Below are positions 31,964-41,551 of a stretch of 64,000 nt of DNA, one piece after another (the first letter of the stretch is position 1; every line of letters begins with the position of its first letter). The notes under the pieces were generated by a model. The model saw only the letters and a program-made list of their open reading frames with translations, was not told the DNA's origin and did not search any database. A program made the position numbers and the translations under genes. The stretch lies in assembly GCA_963771275.1 (NCBI GenBank), contig CAVYSW010000006.1:64001-128000 (forward strand), given 5' to 3'. This DNA is from an uncultured Gemmatimonadales bacterium (GTDB taxonomy: Bacteria; Gemmatimonadota; Gemmatimonadetes; Gemmatimonadales; GWC2-71-9).

Positions 31964-32660
31964 TGCGGGTTCCTTTCGAAAGGTACTCCGCGACCTCGGG
32001 CGATAACCGGCGGGCCTGCGTCGCCCGGGCCGGTGCCGTCCGCGTCGCGCGGTAGACGTGCACGATGCGCTGTACCACGGTGATGCCGGCGGCCAGCGCC
32101 AGCAGGCCGACGATGACGAGCAGCAGCAGGCCGCGCGGCCCAGCGCCGAAGAACAGCGTCGGCACCCCCAGGCCGACGATGCGCTCGGCCCGCTGCGCCA
32201 TCCCGACCTTGCACTCGAGGCCGAGGCCTTCGGCCCGTGCCCTGGCGTACGAGACGATCAGGCCGGCCGAAAGCGCCGTCATGGCCAGGGCCACCGCGAG
32301 CAGCATCAGGGGCGGCGCGACCATGCCGCGCGCGCAGCCGAGGGCGATGCCGCCGAACAGGGCCGCCTCGCCCACGCGGTCCAGTGTCGAGTCGTAGAAT
32401 GCCCCGAACTTGGTCATCCCACCACCGCCCCGCGCCACGCGTCCGTCGAGCATGTCGCACACCCCGCTCGCCAGCAGCAGGGCGCCTCCCCACCGCGGCC
32501 ACACCGCCGCATACGCGACCCCGGACACCAGCAGGACACCGGTCCCCACCGTCGTGATGGCGTTCGGGCTGGTGTGCCGCGCAATCAGGATATCGACGAG
32601 CGGCTTGAGGAGTCGCTCGAACCCGTCGCGAAGGGGGGATGGGATGAGGCTCATGCGCAT
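31953..32660 (-). CDS. CDP-alcohol phosphatidyltransferase (phosphatidylinositol-phosphate synthase-like)
   Basis: PNAIT; DMLDGRVAR..FGAFYDSTLDR signature; SYARARAEGLG. Confidence 0.88.
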   Translation of the reverse strand: MRMSLIPSPLRDGFERLLKPLVDILIARHTSPNAITTVGTGVLLVSGVAYAAVWPRWGGALLLASGVCDMLDGRVARGGGGMTKFGAFYDSTLDRVGEAALFGGIALGCARGMVAPPLMLLAVALAMTALSAGLIVSYARARAEGLGLECKVGMAQRAERIVGLGVPTLFFGAGPRGLLLLVIVGLLALAAGITVVQRIVHVYRATRTAPARATQARRLSPEVAEYLSKGTRSEP

Positions 32661-32748
32661 GCCTGCTGGAAACGGATAAGCATAACGGCGGCTTCCGGCG
32701 ACGGCAATTCCGCACCTGCGACGGCCGGCGCAATGCGACGGCGCGCGC

Positions 32749-33957
32749 TCAGTACAACAAGTACCGCCGCCGGGCTTCCGCGAACCGGGCCAGCGCGTCC
32801 CGCCAGCCGGCGGCCACGCTGTCCGGGGGCACGCCGGCGAGGATCGCCGTGCGGAAGCGGTCGGTCCCGGCGCGCCGGTCGAACCCCGGCGCGTCGAGCC
32901 GCAGGGAATCGCGGTGGCGCCGCGCGATCGCGGCGAGCAGACGGGCCGCCAGGCGCACCGGGTCGTAGGTCGCTCGATCGGTTACCACAAACCGCAGCGC
33001 CGGGAGCAGCACGCCGTCGTACTTGCCGTCGCTGGGCGCACGCGGCCTCACCATCGTATCGCTGATCGTCACGCCGGGCGCGTCGGCAAGCTCCGCCGCA
33101 ACACCGCGCGGATCGAGCCACGGGGCCGCGAGCACCTGGAAGGCGATCGGCGTACCGCGTCCCACCGACAGGTTGGTGGCCTCGAACAGCACCAGGCCAG
33201 GGTAGTGGGCGGCGCTCTCGAGACTGGGCATGCTGGGCGACGGACGCACCCACGGCAACCCGGTCGCGTCGAACCACTCGTCGCGCCGCCACCCCGCGGC
33301 GGGCACGACACTCAGCGTCCCGTGAATGGCGAGCACGTCGTTGCCGAAGCGCAGCAGCTCGCCCAGCGTCATGCCATGGCGCAACGGTACCGGCAGCATG
33401 CCGACGAACGACGCCAGCGCCGTGTCGAGCACCGGCCCCTGCATCACCGTCCCACCGATCGGGTTCGGCCGGTCGAGGACGACGACCGCCACGTGGGCCC
33501 GCGCCGCCGCCCGGAGCGTGTGGAGCGCGGTCGAGACGTAGGTGTACGTGCGCGCACCGATGTCCTGAAGGTCCACCACGATGACGTCCACCCGGGCCAG
33601 CATGGCGGCGGTGGGCTCCAACACGTTGCCATAGAGCGAGAACACCGGGAGGCCCGTAGCGGAATCGACCCCGGGTCCGATATTCTCCACGTCGAGCACG
33701 CCGCGGACCCCGTGCTCCGGGCTGAACAGCGCGGTCACCGTGAGCCCGGCGCTCCGCAGGCGGCTCAGGTCATCGCGCCCCGCGCCGTCCACGCCGGTCT
33801 GATTGGTGAGCAGGCCGATGCGGCGCCCGCGCACGAGGGTCAGCGAGTCGGTGAGCAGCACCTCGATGCCGGGACGCACCGGCACCGGCCGCGCGCACAC
33901 CGCGCCGATGCCCAGCAGGGCGACCACTGCCAAGGAGTGCCATCCGTGCGAACGCAT
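32749..33957 (-). CDS. DUF1343 / NamZ-like exo-beta-N-acetylmuramidase
   Basis: GLLTNQTG, LFSPEHG, DLQDIGARTYTY, LDRPNPIGG, RHGMTLGEL, SVGRGT. Confidence 0.9.
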   Translation of the reverse strand: MRSHGWHSLAVVALLGIGAVCARPVPVRPGIEVLLTDSLTLVRGRRIGLLTNQTGVDGAGRDDLSRLRSAGLTVTALFSPEHGVRGVLDVENIGPGVDSATGLPVFSLYGNVLEPTAAMLARVDVIVVDLQDIGARTYTYVSTALHTLRAAARAHVAVVVLDRPNPIGGTVMQGPVLDTALASFVGMLPVPLRHGMTLGELLRFGNDVLAIHGTLSVVPAAGWRRDEWFDATGLPWVRPSPSMPSLESAAHYPGLVLFEATNLSVGRGTPIAFQVLAAPWLDPRGVAAELADAPGVTISDTMVRPRAPSDGKYDGVLLPALRFVVTDRATYDPVRLAARLLAAIARRHRDSLRLDAPGFDRRAGTDRFRTAILAGVPPDSVAAGWRDALARFAEARRRYLLY

Positions 33958-35712
33958 ATCGTGCCCGTCTCCCTGCTTGGCCTGGCCCTCGCCTCGTGCG
34001 CCCGCGCGCGCCCGGAAGCGCCCCCACCCGTCCCCGACCCGTACGCGGTGCTCCCGCCGGTGGAGGTCGAGCGTGCGTCAAAGGTAACGCCCGATTCCCT
34101 CCTGCGGACGCTGTCCACGCGCGAGAAGATCGGCCAGCTGATCGTCCCGTGGCTGTTGGGCGACTACGCGGCGCTCGACGCCGCCAGCCTGGACAGCATG
34201 CGGGTCGCGATCGACTCGTTCGGGATCGGGGGCATCGTGATCTCGATCGGCTCGCCGCTCGACGTGGCCGCGAAGCTCAATGGACTGCAGCGCCGCTCCA
34301 GGCTGCCGCTGCTGATCGCCGCGGACCTGGAGTACGGCACCGGCATGCGATTGCAGGGTGGCACGACGTTCCCGATGCCGATGGGGATCGGGGCGACCGG
34401 CGACGCGATGGCCGCCTACGAGATGGGACGCGTGACCGCCATCGAGGCCCGCGCGGTCGGCATCCAGCTCACGTTCTCTCCCGTGGCCGACGTCAACAAC
34501 AACCCGGCGAACCCGATCATCAACACGCGCTCGTTCGGCGAGGATCCTGCACTGGTGAGCCGGCTCGTGGCGGCGTACGTGCGGGGCGCGGCGGAACACG
34601 GCTTGATGACCACGGCGAAGCACTTCCCCGGCCACGGCGATACCGGCACCGACTCCCACATCGCGGTGCCCGTGGCACCCGGGTGCTGGGACCGGCTCGA
34701 CACGCTCGAATTGGCGCCGTTCCGGGCGGCCATCGCGGCCGGCGTCACCGCGATCATGACGGCGCACGTCGCGCTCCCCTGCCTCGACAGTCTCGACCCC
34801 CTCCCGGCCACGCTCTCACCGACCGTCATGACCGCGATCCTGCGGGACTCGCTGGGCTTTCGCGGGCTGGTGGTGACGGACGCGCTCGTCATGGGGGCGA
34901 TCGTCGACCGGTTCGGCGCGGGCGAGAGCGCGGTCCGGGCCTTCCTGGCCGGCTCCGACATCCTGCTGATGCCGGCGGACATCCGTGCCGCCGTGGACGC
35001 CATGACGGCGGCGGTGGATGCCGGGCGGATCACGGCGGAGCGACTCGACCGCTCGGTGCGCCGCGTGCTCGCGCTCAAGGTCCGCGCCGGGCTGTTCCAC
35101 CAGCGGCTCGTGTCGCTCGACGCGCTGCCCACGGTCGTGGGGCAGCGGGCGTTTCAGGAGATCGCCGACGACATCGCCCAGCGCTCGCTCACGCTCGCGA
35201 CCCGCGGACCGGTCGACGAGTTCCGGGAGCGCCGCGCCCGCGTCGCGGTGATCACCTACGCCGACGAGACCAACCTGTCGATCGGCAACACCCTGCTCCG
35301 GGAGCTGCGGGCCGCCGGCGACACCGTCGCGACGTTCCGCCTCTACCCGGCGTCCGGCCCGGCGTCGTACGACTCGGCGCGCGCGGTCATCGCCCGCGTC
35401 CCGCGGACGCTGTACGCCACCGGCGTGCGCCCGATCGCGTGGCGCGGCCACGTGGCGCTGCCCGACTCCCTCGCGGCGCTGATCGGCCTTACCGCCCGGG
35501 ATCACCCGACCATGCTGGTGTCGTTCGGAAGCCCGTACCTGCTGGGCCAGCTCCCGGGCTTTGCCGGCGGCTTCCTGCTGGCCTGGGGCGACAGCCCGGC
35601 CGCCGAGGGGGCCGTGGCGCGGGCGCTCACCGGGGGCGCAGCCATCACGGGCACCCTCCCCATCACCCTCGACGCCGGGCACCCGCGCGGGACCGGCATC
35701 CGCGTCCCGTGA
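33946..35712 (+). CDS. GH3 beta-N-acetylglucosaminidase lipoprotein (NagZ-like)
   Basis: Lipobox LASC; KHFPGHGDTGTDSH; IMTAH; VTDALVM. Confidence 0.9.
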   Translation: MRTHIVPVSLLGLALASCARARPEAPPPVPDPYAVLPPVEVERASKVTPDSLLRTLSTREKIGQLIVPWLLGDYAALDAASLDSMRVAIDSFGIGGIVISIGSPLDVAAKLNGLQRRSRLPLLIAADLEYGTGMRLQGGTTFPMPMGIGATGDAMAAYEMGRVTAIEARAVGIQLTFSPVADVNNNPANPIINTRSFGEDPALVSRLVAAYVRGAAEHGLMTTAKHFPGHGDTGTDSHIAVPVAPGCWDRLDTLELAPFRAAIAAGVTAIMTAHVALPCLDSLDPLPATLSPTVMTAILRDSLGFRGLVVTDALVMGAIVDRFGAGESAVRAFLAGSDILLMPADIRAAVDAMTAAVDAGRITAERLDRSVRRVLALKVRAGLFHQRLVSLDALPTVVGQRAFQEIADDIAQRSLTLATRGPVDEFRERRARVAVITYADETNLSIGNTLLRELRAAGDTVATFRLYPASGPASYDSARAVIARVPRTLYATGVRPIAWRGHVALPDSLAALIGLTARDHPTMLVSFGSPYLLGQLPGFAGGFLLAWGDSPAAEGAVARALTGGAAITGTLPITLDAGHPRGTGIRVP

Positions 35713-36911
35713 GCCGCCCGGCATCCCGGTGGAGGCGGCGCGGGGGCACCGCCATGCTAGTCGCGTGGGGCGCGGGTCCGGCCCTGGTCGCGGCGCAGGA
35801 ACCGCCCGGCCGGGCGCGGTTTGCGGAGGTCCGGACCTACCTCGAGCAGGCCGTCGAGCGGGGCGCGTTTCCGGGCGCCGTGCTCGTGGTCGGGCTGCGC
35901 GGGCAGGTGGCGTACCGCACAGCGGTCGGCGTGTACGGCGAGGACGACCGACGCCCGGTCTCCGACACGACTGTCTACGACCTCGCCAGCCTCACCAAGG
36001 TGGTGGGGCTCACCACGGCGGCGATGTTGCTCGTCGCGGACGGCCGGCTCGACCTCGACGCACCCGTCCAGCGCTATCTGCCCGAGTTCGCCGGTCCGGG
36101 GAAAGACCAGGTGACGGTCCGGCACCTCCTGCTTCACGCGTCGGGCCTGCCGGCCTGGCGACCGCTCTATCAGGAGGCGGCCGACGCCGGGACCGCACGC
36201 GCGCTGGCGGACACGACGCCGCTCGAGGCGCCCCCGGGCACGCACTATGCCTATTCGGACCTCGGGGCGATCGTGCTCACGCAGATCGTCGAGGGTCTCA
36301 CGGGCAGGCGGTTGGACTCGTTGCTCGCCGAGCAGCTGTTCACCCCGTTGGCCATGAGCCGCACGCGATTCCTCCCTCCGGCCGACTGGCTGCCGTTCAT
36401 CGCGCCGACCGAGCGCGATCCGTGGCGCGGCCGCGTGCTGCGCGGCGAGGTGCACGACGAGAACGCCGCGCGACTCGGTGGGGTGTCAGGACACGCGGGG
36501 CTGTTCTCCAACGCTCCGGACCTCGCGCGGTTCGCGTTCTGGCTGCTCGACGCCTACCACGGCCGCCTGCCGCCCGGCGCCCGGCCGGGCCTCCCGGCGG
36601 CGGTGGTCCGCGCGTTCCTGCGGCGGGCGAACGAGCCCCCCGGCTCGACCCGCGCTCTGGGCTGGGACACCCCCTCCCCCGAAGGAGGCTCGGGCGGGCA
36701 CTGTCTCTCCCCCACGAGCATCGGCCACACCGGCTTCACCGGGACGTCGATCTGGATCGACCCCGCGCGGGACCTGGTCATCATCCTGTTGACGAACCGG
36801 GTTCATCCGACACGCGAGAACCAGCTGATTCGGGAGGTTCGACCGGCGGTCGCGGACCGGGTGGTGCGGGCAGTGGCCGGTGCCGCAGCATGCCCGCGCA
36901 TCGATCGTTGA
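35709..36911 (+). CDS. Beta-lactamase-family serine hydrolase (AmiE-like)
   Basis: ASLTK (SxxK), YSD, GEVHDENA, GHAGLFS, GHTGFTG. GTG overlaps the GH3 stop. Confidence 0.88.
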   Translation: MSRPASRWRRRGGTAMLVAWGAGPALVAAQEPPGRARFAEVRTYLEQAVERGAFPGAVLVVGLRGQVAYRTAVGVYGEDDRRPVSDTTVYDLASLTKVVGLTTAAMLLVADGRLDLDAPVQRYLPEFAGPGKDQVTVRHLLLHASGLPAWRPLYQEAADAGTARALADTTPLEAPPGTHYAYSDLGAIVLTQIVEGLTGRRLDSLLAEQLFTPLAMSRTRFLPPADWLPFIAPTERDPWRGRVLRGEVHDENAARLGGVSGHAGLFSNAPDLARFAFWLLDAYHGRLPPGARPGLPAAVVRAFLRRANEPPGSTRALGWDTPSPEGGSGGHCLSPTSIGHTGFTGTSIWIDPARDLVIILLTNRVHPTRENQLIREVRPAVADRVVRAVAGAAACPRIDR

Positions 36912-36936
36912 CACCCGCACTCGGAGTTTCTACCTT
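36908..36936 (+). promoter_or_regulatory. Sigma70 promoter for the A-type Fe-S carrier gene
   Basis: TTGACA-17 bp-TACCTT, followed by a GGAGG RBS before ATG 36961. Confidence 0.7.
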
Positions 36937-36960
36937 GCGGGCGGACCTGGAGGTAAGACC

Positions 36961-37323
36961 ATGAGCACGACGCAACAGCCGCAGTTCACACTGGCCATCG
37001 GCCTGAGCGAGGCCGCGGCCGAGCAGGTGCGCGGCTTCATGCAGCAAGAGGGTATCCCGGTCGAGCATGGGGGGCTCCGCGTCTCGGTGCTCCCCGGCGG
37101 ATGCTCGGGCTTCAAGTACGGACTCAACATCGAGGAAGCGCCGCTCGAGGACGACATCGTGGTGGACGCGCAGGGCATCCGCCTGTTCGTGGATGCGTTC
37201 AGCGCGCAGTACCTGAGCGGCGTCACCATCGGCTACCACACGTCGATGCAGGGCTCGGGCTTCACATTCGACAACCCGAACGCCACGGGCGGCTGCGGGT
37301 GCGGTACCTCGTTCACCGCCTGA
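36961..37323 (+). CDS. HesB/IscA/ErpA-family Fe-S cluster carrier
   Basis: GGCSGFKY; FDNPNATGGCGCGTSF. Confidence 0.94.
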   Translation: MSTTQQPQFTLAIGLSEAAAEQVRGFMQQEGIPVEHGGLRVSVLPGGCSGFKYGLNIEEAPLEDDIVVDAQGIRLFVDAFSAQYLSGVTIGYHTSMQGSGFTFDNPNATGGCGCGTSFTA

Positions 37324-37350
37324 GACCGCGTTTCGTGTCACATCACGCCG

Positions 37351-37387
37351 AGAAGGGCCTGCGTTGCGCGCGGGCCCTTTTCCTTTT
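37351..37387 (+). terminator. Intrinsic terminator after the iscA/erpA-like gene
   Basis: AAGGGCCTGCG-loop-CGCGGGCCCTT followed by a T-rich tract. Confidence 0.6.
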
Positions 37388-37411
37388 CCGCTCCCCCGAG
37401 GGCCAGCCGAC

Positions 37412-38875
37412 ATGACCCGGATCGATGTCGCGGTCATGCTGGCGTATTTCCTCGTGATCCTGGGGATGGGCGCGTATTTTGCCCGGCGCCAGACCGACGC
37501 CGTGGACTACTTCCTCGGCCAGCGGGACCTCCCCTGGTGGGCGGTGATGCTGTCCATCGTCGCGACGGAGACATCGGCCCTGACCGTGATCTCCGTGCCC
37601 GGGCTGTCCGCGCGGGGCGACTTCACGTTTCTCCAGATCGCGCTGGGCTATCTGGTGGGGCGGCTGGGGGTCGCGGCGTGGCTCCTTCCGGGCTACTTCG
37701 AGGGCGAGCAGGAGACGGCGTACGCACGCCTGGGGTCGCGCTTCGGCCCCACCACCCGCCGCGCGGCATCCGGCATCTTCATGGTGATCCGCTCCCTGGG
37801 CGACAGCGTGCGGGTGTTCGCGACGGCGATTCCGCTGTCAGTCGTCACGGGCTGGCCCGCCTGGGTCAGCGTGCTCGTCGTGGCGCTGGTCACCCTGGTC
37901 TATACGTGGTTCGGTGGGCTGAAGGCCGTCGTCTGGGTGGACGTGCTGCAGCTCGGCCTGTACGTGCTGGGGGGCGTCGTGACGGTGGTGGTGGCGGCCC
38001 ACCTCGCCGGTGGGTTCGGGCATGCGGTGGCCGCGGCGGACGCAGCCGGCAAGCTGCGCGTGCTGGACTGGCAGCTCTCGCTCAGCGCTCCCTACACCGT
38101 GCTCGGCGGCCTCGTGGGCGGCGCCCTGCTGTCGGCCGCGTCCCACGGCACCGACCACCTGATCGTCCAGCGGCTGCTGGCGACGCGCTCGCTCAAGGAC
38201 AGCCGGCGCGCGCTCGTCGGGTCGGGCGTCGTCGTGATCGGGCAGTTCGCCCTGTTTCTGCTGGTGGGAACGATGCTGTGGGCAGCGGGCGCGGACCACG
38301 GAACCGGCTCGAGCGATCTGATCTATCCCCAGTTCATGGCGGCGGAGCTCCCCTCGGGTCTCGCCGGCCTGGTCATCGCGGGCGTGCTCGCCGCCGCGAT
38401 GAGCACGGTGGCCTCGTCGCTCAATTCCCTTGCTTCGGCCGCGACGCATGACTTCTACGCGCCGCTCACCGGGCGGCGCGACCCCAAGCACCTGCTGGTC
38501 GTGGGCCGGTGGGCAACCGTGTTCTGGGCCGTCGTGCTCGCCGGGGGCGCCCTGTCGTTCCGTTCGACGGATCAGCCGGTGGTGGAGCTGGCGCTCTCCG
38601 TCGCCTCGATCACCTACGGTGGCCTGTTGGGGACGTTCCTGCTCGGCGGCCTCGTCCGTCGGGCGCGGCAGCGTGACGCCATTCTCGCCCTCGCCACGGC
38701 CACGGCGGTGATGCTGGTCGTGGTGCTCGTCAAGCCGGGTCCGCTCGCTCGGCTCGCGTGGCCGTGGTACGTACCGCTCGGCCTGCTGATCACGCTGGTC
38801 ACGGGGTGGGCCGCGTCGCTCGCCGGTCCGCGCGCGGCCTGCGCACCCGATGCTCCCGGGAGCCTGCGGGGATGA
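37412..38875 (+). CDS. Sodium:solute symporter (probable amino-sugar uptake)
   Basis: DYFLGQR..SIVATETSALT..PG; GGLKAVVWVD; HGTDHLIVQRLL; AAAMST. Confidence 0.9.
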   Translation: MTRIDVAVMLAYFLVILGMGAYFARRQTDAVDYFLGQRDLPWWAVMLSIVATETSALTVISVPGLSARGDFTFLQIALGYLVGRLGVAAWLLPGYFEGEQETAYARLGSRFGPTTRRAASGIFMVIRSLGDSVRVFATAIPLSVVTGWPAWVSVLVVALVTLVYTWFGGLKAVVWVDVLQLGLYVLGGVVTVVVAAHLAGGFGHAVAAADAAGKLRVLDWQLSLSAPYTVLGGLVGGALLSAASHGTDHLIVQRLLATRSLKDSRRALVGSGVVVIGQFALFLLVGTMLWAAGADHGTGSSDLIYPQFMAAELPSGLAGLVIAGVLAAAMSTVASSLNSLASAATHDFYAPLTGRRDPKHLLVVGRWATVFWAVVLAGGALSFRSTDQPVVELALSVASITYGGLLGTFLLGGLVRRARQRDAILALATATAVMLVVVLVKPGPLARLAWPWYVPLGLLITLVTGWAASLAGPRAACAPDAPGSLRG

Positions 38876-39807
38876 CCGAACAACCAACCGAGTTCCTCGT
38901 CGGGGTCGACGCGGGCGGCTCGCACACTGAGGCCGTGGTCGCCGACGAGCTGCTGACGATTCGCGCGCGGGTGCGGGGCCCGGCCGGCGCGGTACGGCCG
39001 GGCGGCCTCCCCGCGGCGGCGCGCGCGATCGTCGGCGCGGTCCGGCAGGCACTCACCGAAGCCGGCGTCACGGGCCTGCCACGCGCCCTGGTGGTGGGCG
39101 CGGCCGGAGCGGGGCGCGAGCAGGAGCGCCGTGCCCTGGGCGACGCCCTGATCGAGGCGCACGTGGCGCACCATGTCGAAGTGACCACCGACGCGGCCGT
39201 TGCCCTCGAGAGCGTGTTCCGGCAGGCGGCCGGCATCCTGCTGATCGCGGGCTCCGGCTCGATCGCCTACGCGCGTGATCCGTCCGGCGTCGTGTGGCGT
39301 GCAGGAGGACTCGGGTGGCAGCTGGGCGACGAGGGGAGCGGGTACCACCTCGGCCGTGCGGTGCTCGGCGCGGTCGGGAAGGCGGCCGACGGCCGGGGCC
39401 CCGCCACCGCGCTCGCGGCGGCGGTGGCGCGGCACGTGGGTGCCGACTCGCTCGATGCCCTGGTGCATTGGAGCGGCGCGGCATCACCGGGCGCCGTGGC
39501 GGCGCTCGCCAAGATCGCCCAGGAAGTCGCCCAGGGCGGCGACCGGGTCGCTCAGACGCTCGTGGACGCCGCCGCCGAGGAGCTGGCGCAGCACGTCCTC
39601 ACCCTGCTGCAGCGGTTCCCGGCCGAAGTGGTCGTCCCGGTCGCGCTCGCGGGCGGGATCCTCACCGCCGGCTTTCCGGTGCGGGACGCTCTGCTCGCCA
39701 CGCTGGCCGAGCGCGCGCCGCGGCTCTCCGTCGTGTCGCAGGAGGTCGACCCGCCGCGCGGCGCACTGGCGCTCGCGGCGCGCCTGCCGGCTACAGGGCC
39801 ACGGTAA
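38872..39807 (+). CDS. BadF/BcrA-type N-acetylglucosamine/N-acetylmuramate kinase (MurK-like)
   Basis: VGVDAGGSHT, IAGSGSIAY, RAGGLGWQLGDEGSG. Confidence 0.85.
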   Translation: MTEQPTEFLVGVDAGGSHTEAVVADELLTIRARVRGPAGAVRPGGLPAAARAIVGAVRQALTEAGVTGLPRALVVGAAGAGREQERRALGDALIEAHVAHHVEVTTDAAVALESVFRQAAGILLIAGSGSIAYARDPSGVVWRAGGLGWQLGDEGSGYHLGRAVLGAVGKAADGRGPATALAAAVARHVGADSLDALVHWSGAASPGAVAALAKIAQEVAQGGDRVAQTLVDAAAEELAQHVLTLLQRFPAEVVVPVALAGGILTAGFPVRDALLATLAERAPRLSVVSQEVDPPRGALALAARLPATGPR

Positions 39808-40549
39808 CCACGATCTCGCCCCGGACCAGCACGCCGTCGCGCGTGACCGCGGGGGCGAACGTCCACTGGTATAGCTGACTGACGAACCGGCGGCGGTATT
39901 CGGAGTCCCGGATTTGGGGCTGTAGCTCGACGTTCAGCACCCGGCCATCCACGTCCACCGTGAAGCGAACCTGGATCTCCTTGCCTTTGACCGACTGAGG
40001 TGCGGGCTGGGGCGGCAGAATGGTGTAGCGCGGCGCGGGCGGGAACACGTCGCCGCCCTGGCCGCCGGTGCCGGGACCGACCCCGGATCCCGCGCCCGTG
40101 CCGCGACCGCTTCCGATGCCCCCACCGGTTCCCGTCCCGGCACCCGGCCCGCCGCCGGTGCCGGGCCCCTGCCCGATGACCGGCGCTCCCGCTTCCGTCG
40201 CGGATTTCGGGATTTCGAACACCGGCTGCTGGATCTCCACCAGCTGCACCGCGGGCTTGGGAATCACGATCTCCTCAGGCCTGAGCTCCGGCTGCGGCGC
40301 CGCCTTGGCGGGTGGCTGATAGGCGGGCATCACGATGTAGGTGATGCGCGGTCCCCCGCCCCCACCCCCTCCGCCGGCCGGGCCGGGGCCGCCCGGGGTG
40401 AGCGTGGCCTGCATGGGCTCAGGGCTGCTCCAGTCCCACACCAGGGCGAAGATGATCAGGGCGTGCAGCATCACGGAAAACGCGGCCCAGCGCCACGGTG
40501 GGCGCGCGCGTTCCAGGTGGGGCAGGATCAACAGGCTCGGCGGCCGCAT
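39791..40549 (-). CDS. TonB-like periplasmic protein
   Basis: TM anchor SVMLH; Pro/Gly-rich linker; VRFTVDVDGRV..WTFAPA C-terminal domain. Confidence 0.75.
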   Translation of the reverse strand: MRPPSLLILPHLERARPPWRWAAFSVMLHALIIFALVWDWSSPEPMQATLTPGGPGPAGGGGGGGGPRITYIVMPAYQPPAKAAPQPELRPEEIVIPKPAVQLVEIQQPVFEIPKSATEAGAPVIGQGPGTGGGPGAGTGTGGGIGSGRGTGAGSGVGPGTGGQGGDVFPPAPRYTILPPQPAPQSVKGKEIQVRFTVDVDGRVLNVELQPQIRDSEYRRRFVSQLYQWTFAPAVTRDGVLVRGEIVVTVAL

Positions 40550-40629
40550 ACGCTATGGAATGATACACCGGGGGCGCGGGAGCCTTCCATCGGCCCCGCG
40601 CCCCCGGGTCACTCCGTTGGTCGCGCCGC

Positions 40630-41046
40630 CTACTTGGCTTCGGGCGGCGTAAACCCGATGACCTGCACGCCGGCGCCGCGGGCGACGTCCATCGCCTCGA
40701 CGACCTCCTCGAACTTCCGGTTGCGCGCGGTCTTGATGAACATCAGCTTCGTCGGGCGCGGGTCGTAGATCTCCCGCAGCCGGCGCTCGAGGTTCTCCTT
40801 GAGCACCGGGTCGTTGTTGATCGCGTAGCTGCCGTCCTCGTTCAGCTGCAGCACGATCTGGTCCGACGAGGCCTTTTGTGGCGGCAGTTGCTGCTGCAGC
40901 TCCGGCGGCAGCTGCACGTCCATCTTCTTCCGCTGCAGCGGGACCTGCATCATGAAGATGATGAGCAGCACGAGCAGAATATCGATCATCGGGACGACGT
41001 TCGGCTCGTTCCTGAAGCCGCCACTCCCCGCTTCCATGCCCGCCAT
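40630..41046 (-). CDS. exbD: ExbD/TolR biopolymer transporter
   Basis: EPNVVPMIDILLVLLIIFM. Confidence 0.9.
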   Translation of the reverse strand: MAGMEAGSGGFRNEPNVVPMIDILLVLLIIFMMQVPLQRKKMDVQLPPELQQQLPPQKASSDQIVLQLNEDGSYAINNDPVLKENLERRLREIYDPRPTKLMFIKTARNRKFEEVVEAMDVARGAGVQVIGFTPPEAK

Positions 41047-41049
41047 GGC

Positions 41050-41508
41050 TCAGTCCCCTCCCCCGCGTTTGCCGAACGCGCCTTCGCGCTTCTCTTCCGC
41101 GATGGTGGCGAGCACGCGCACGCCTCCCCGCCGGGCGATCTGGAGGGCGTCCTCCACCTTGCCGTAGTCCAGGTTCGCATCCGCCCGGAAGTACATCTTC
41201 TTGTCTTCGCGATTGGTGTAGATCTGCTTCAGGGCCTCTTCGAGCCGCTCCGGGCTCACCGGCGTGACCGTGCCCGACCCGGGGTCCAGGTAGTACGCCC
41301 CGTTCGCGTCGATGCCGAGCACCACATCGCCCTCTTCATCGGAGGCCGTCTCGATGTTCTTGCCCTGCGGGATCTTGGCCGTGAAGCCGGTGGCAATTGC
41401 GGGCGTCACGATCATGAAGATGATCAGCAGCACCAGCATGATGTCGATCATCGGCACCACGTTGGGCTCGGACTTGACCGATCCCTTGGCTCCTACGTCA
41501 GCTCCCAT
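41050..41508 (-). CDS. exbD: ExbD/TolR biopolymer transporter (second copy)
   Basis: EPNVVPMIDIMLVLLIIFM; RADANLDYG. Confidence 0.9.
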   Translation of the reverse strand: MGADVGAKGSVKSEPNVVPMIDIMLVLLIIFMIVTPAIATGFTAKIPQGKNIETASDEEGDVVLGIDANGAYYLDPGSGTVTPVSPERLEEALKQIYTNREDKKMYFRADANLDYGKVEDALQIARRGGVRVLATIAEEKREGAFGKRGGGD

Positions 41509-41551
41509 GCGTCCATCCTCCCGTTCGCGGGTTCACGCACCGAGTCGGGGA

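Noticed and set aside
40060..40400. Gly-rich repeats in the TonB-like gene
   Set aside because: Low-complexity periplasmic linker, common in TonB-family proteins.
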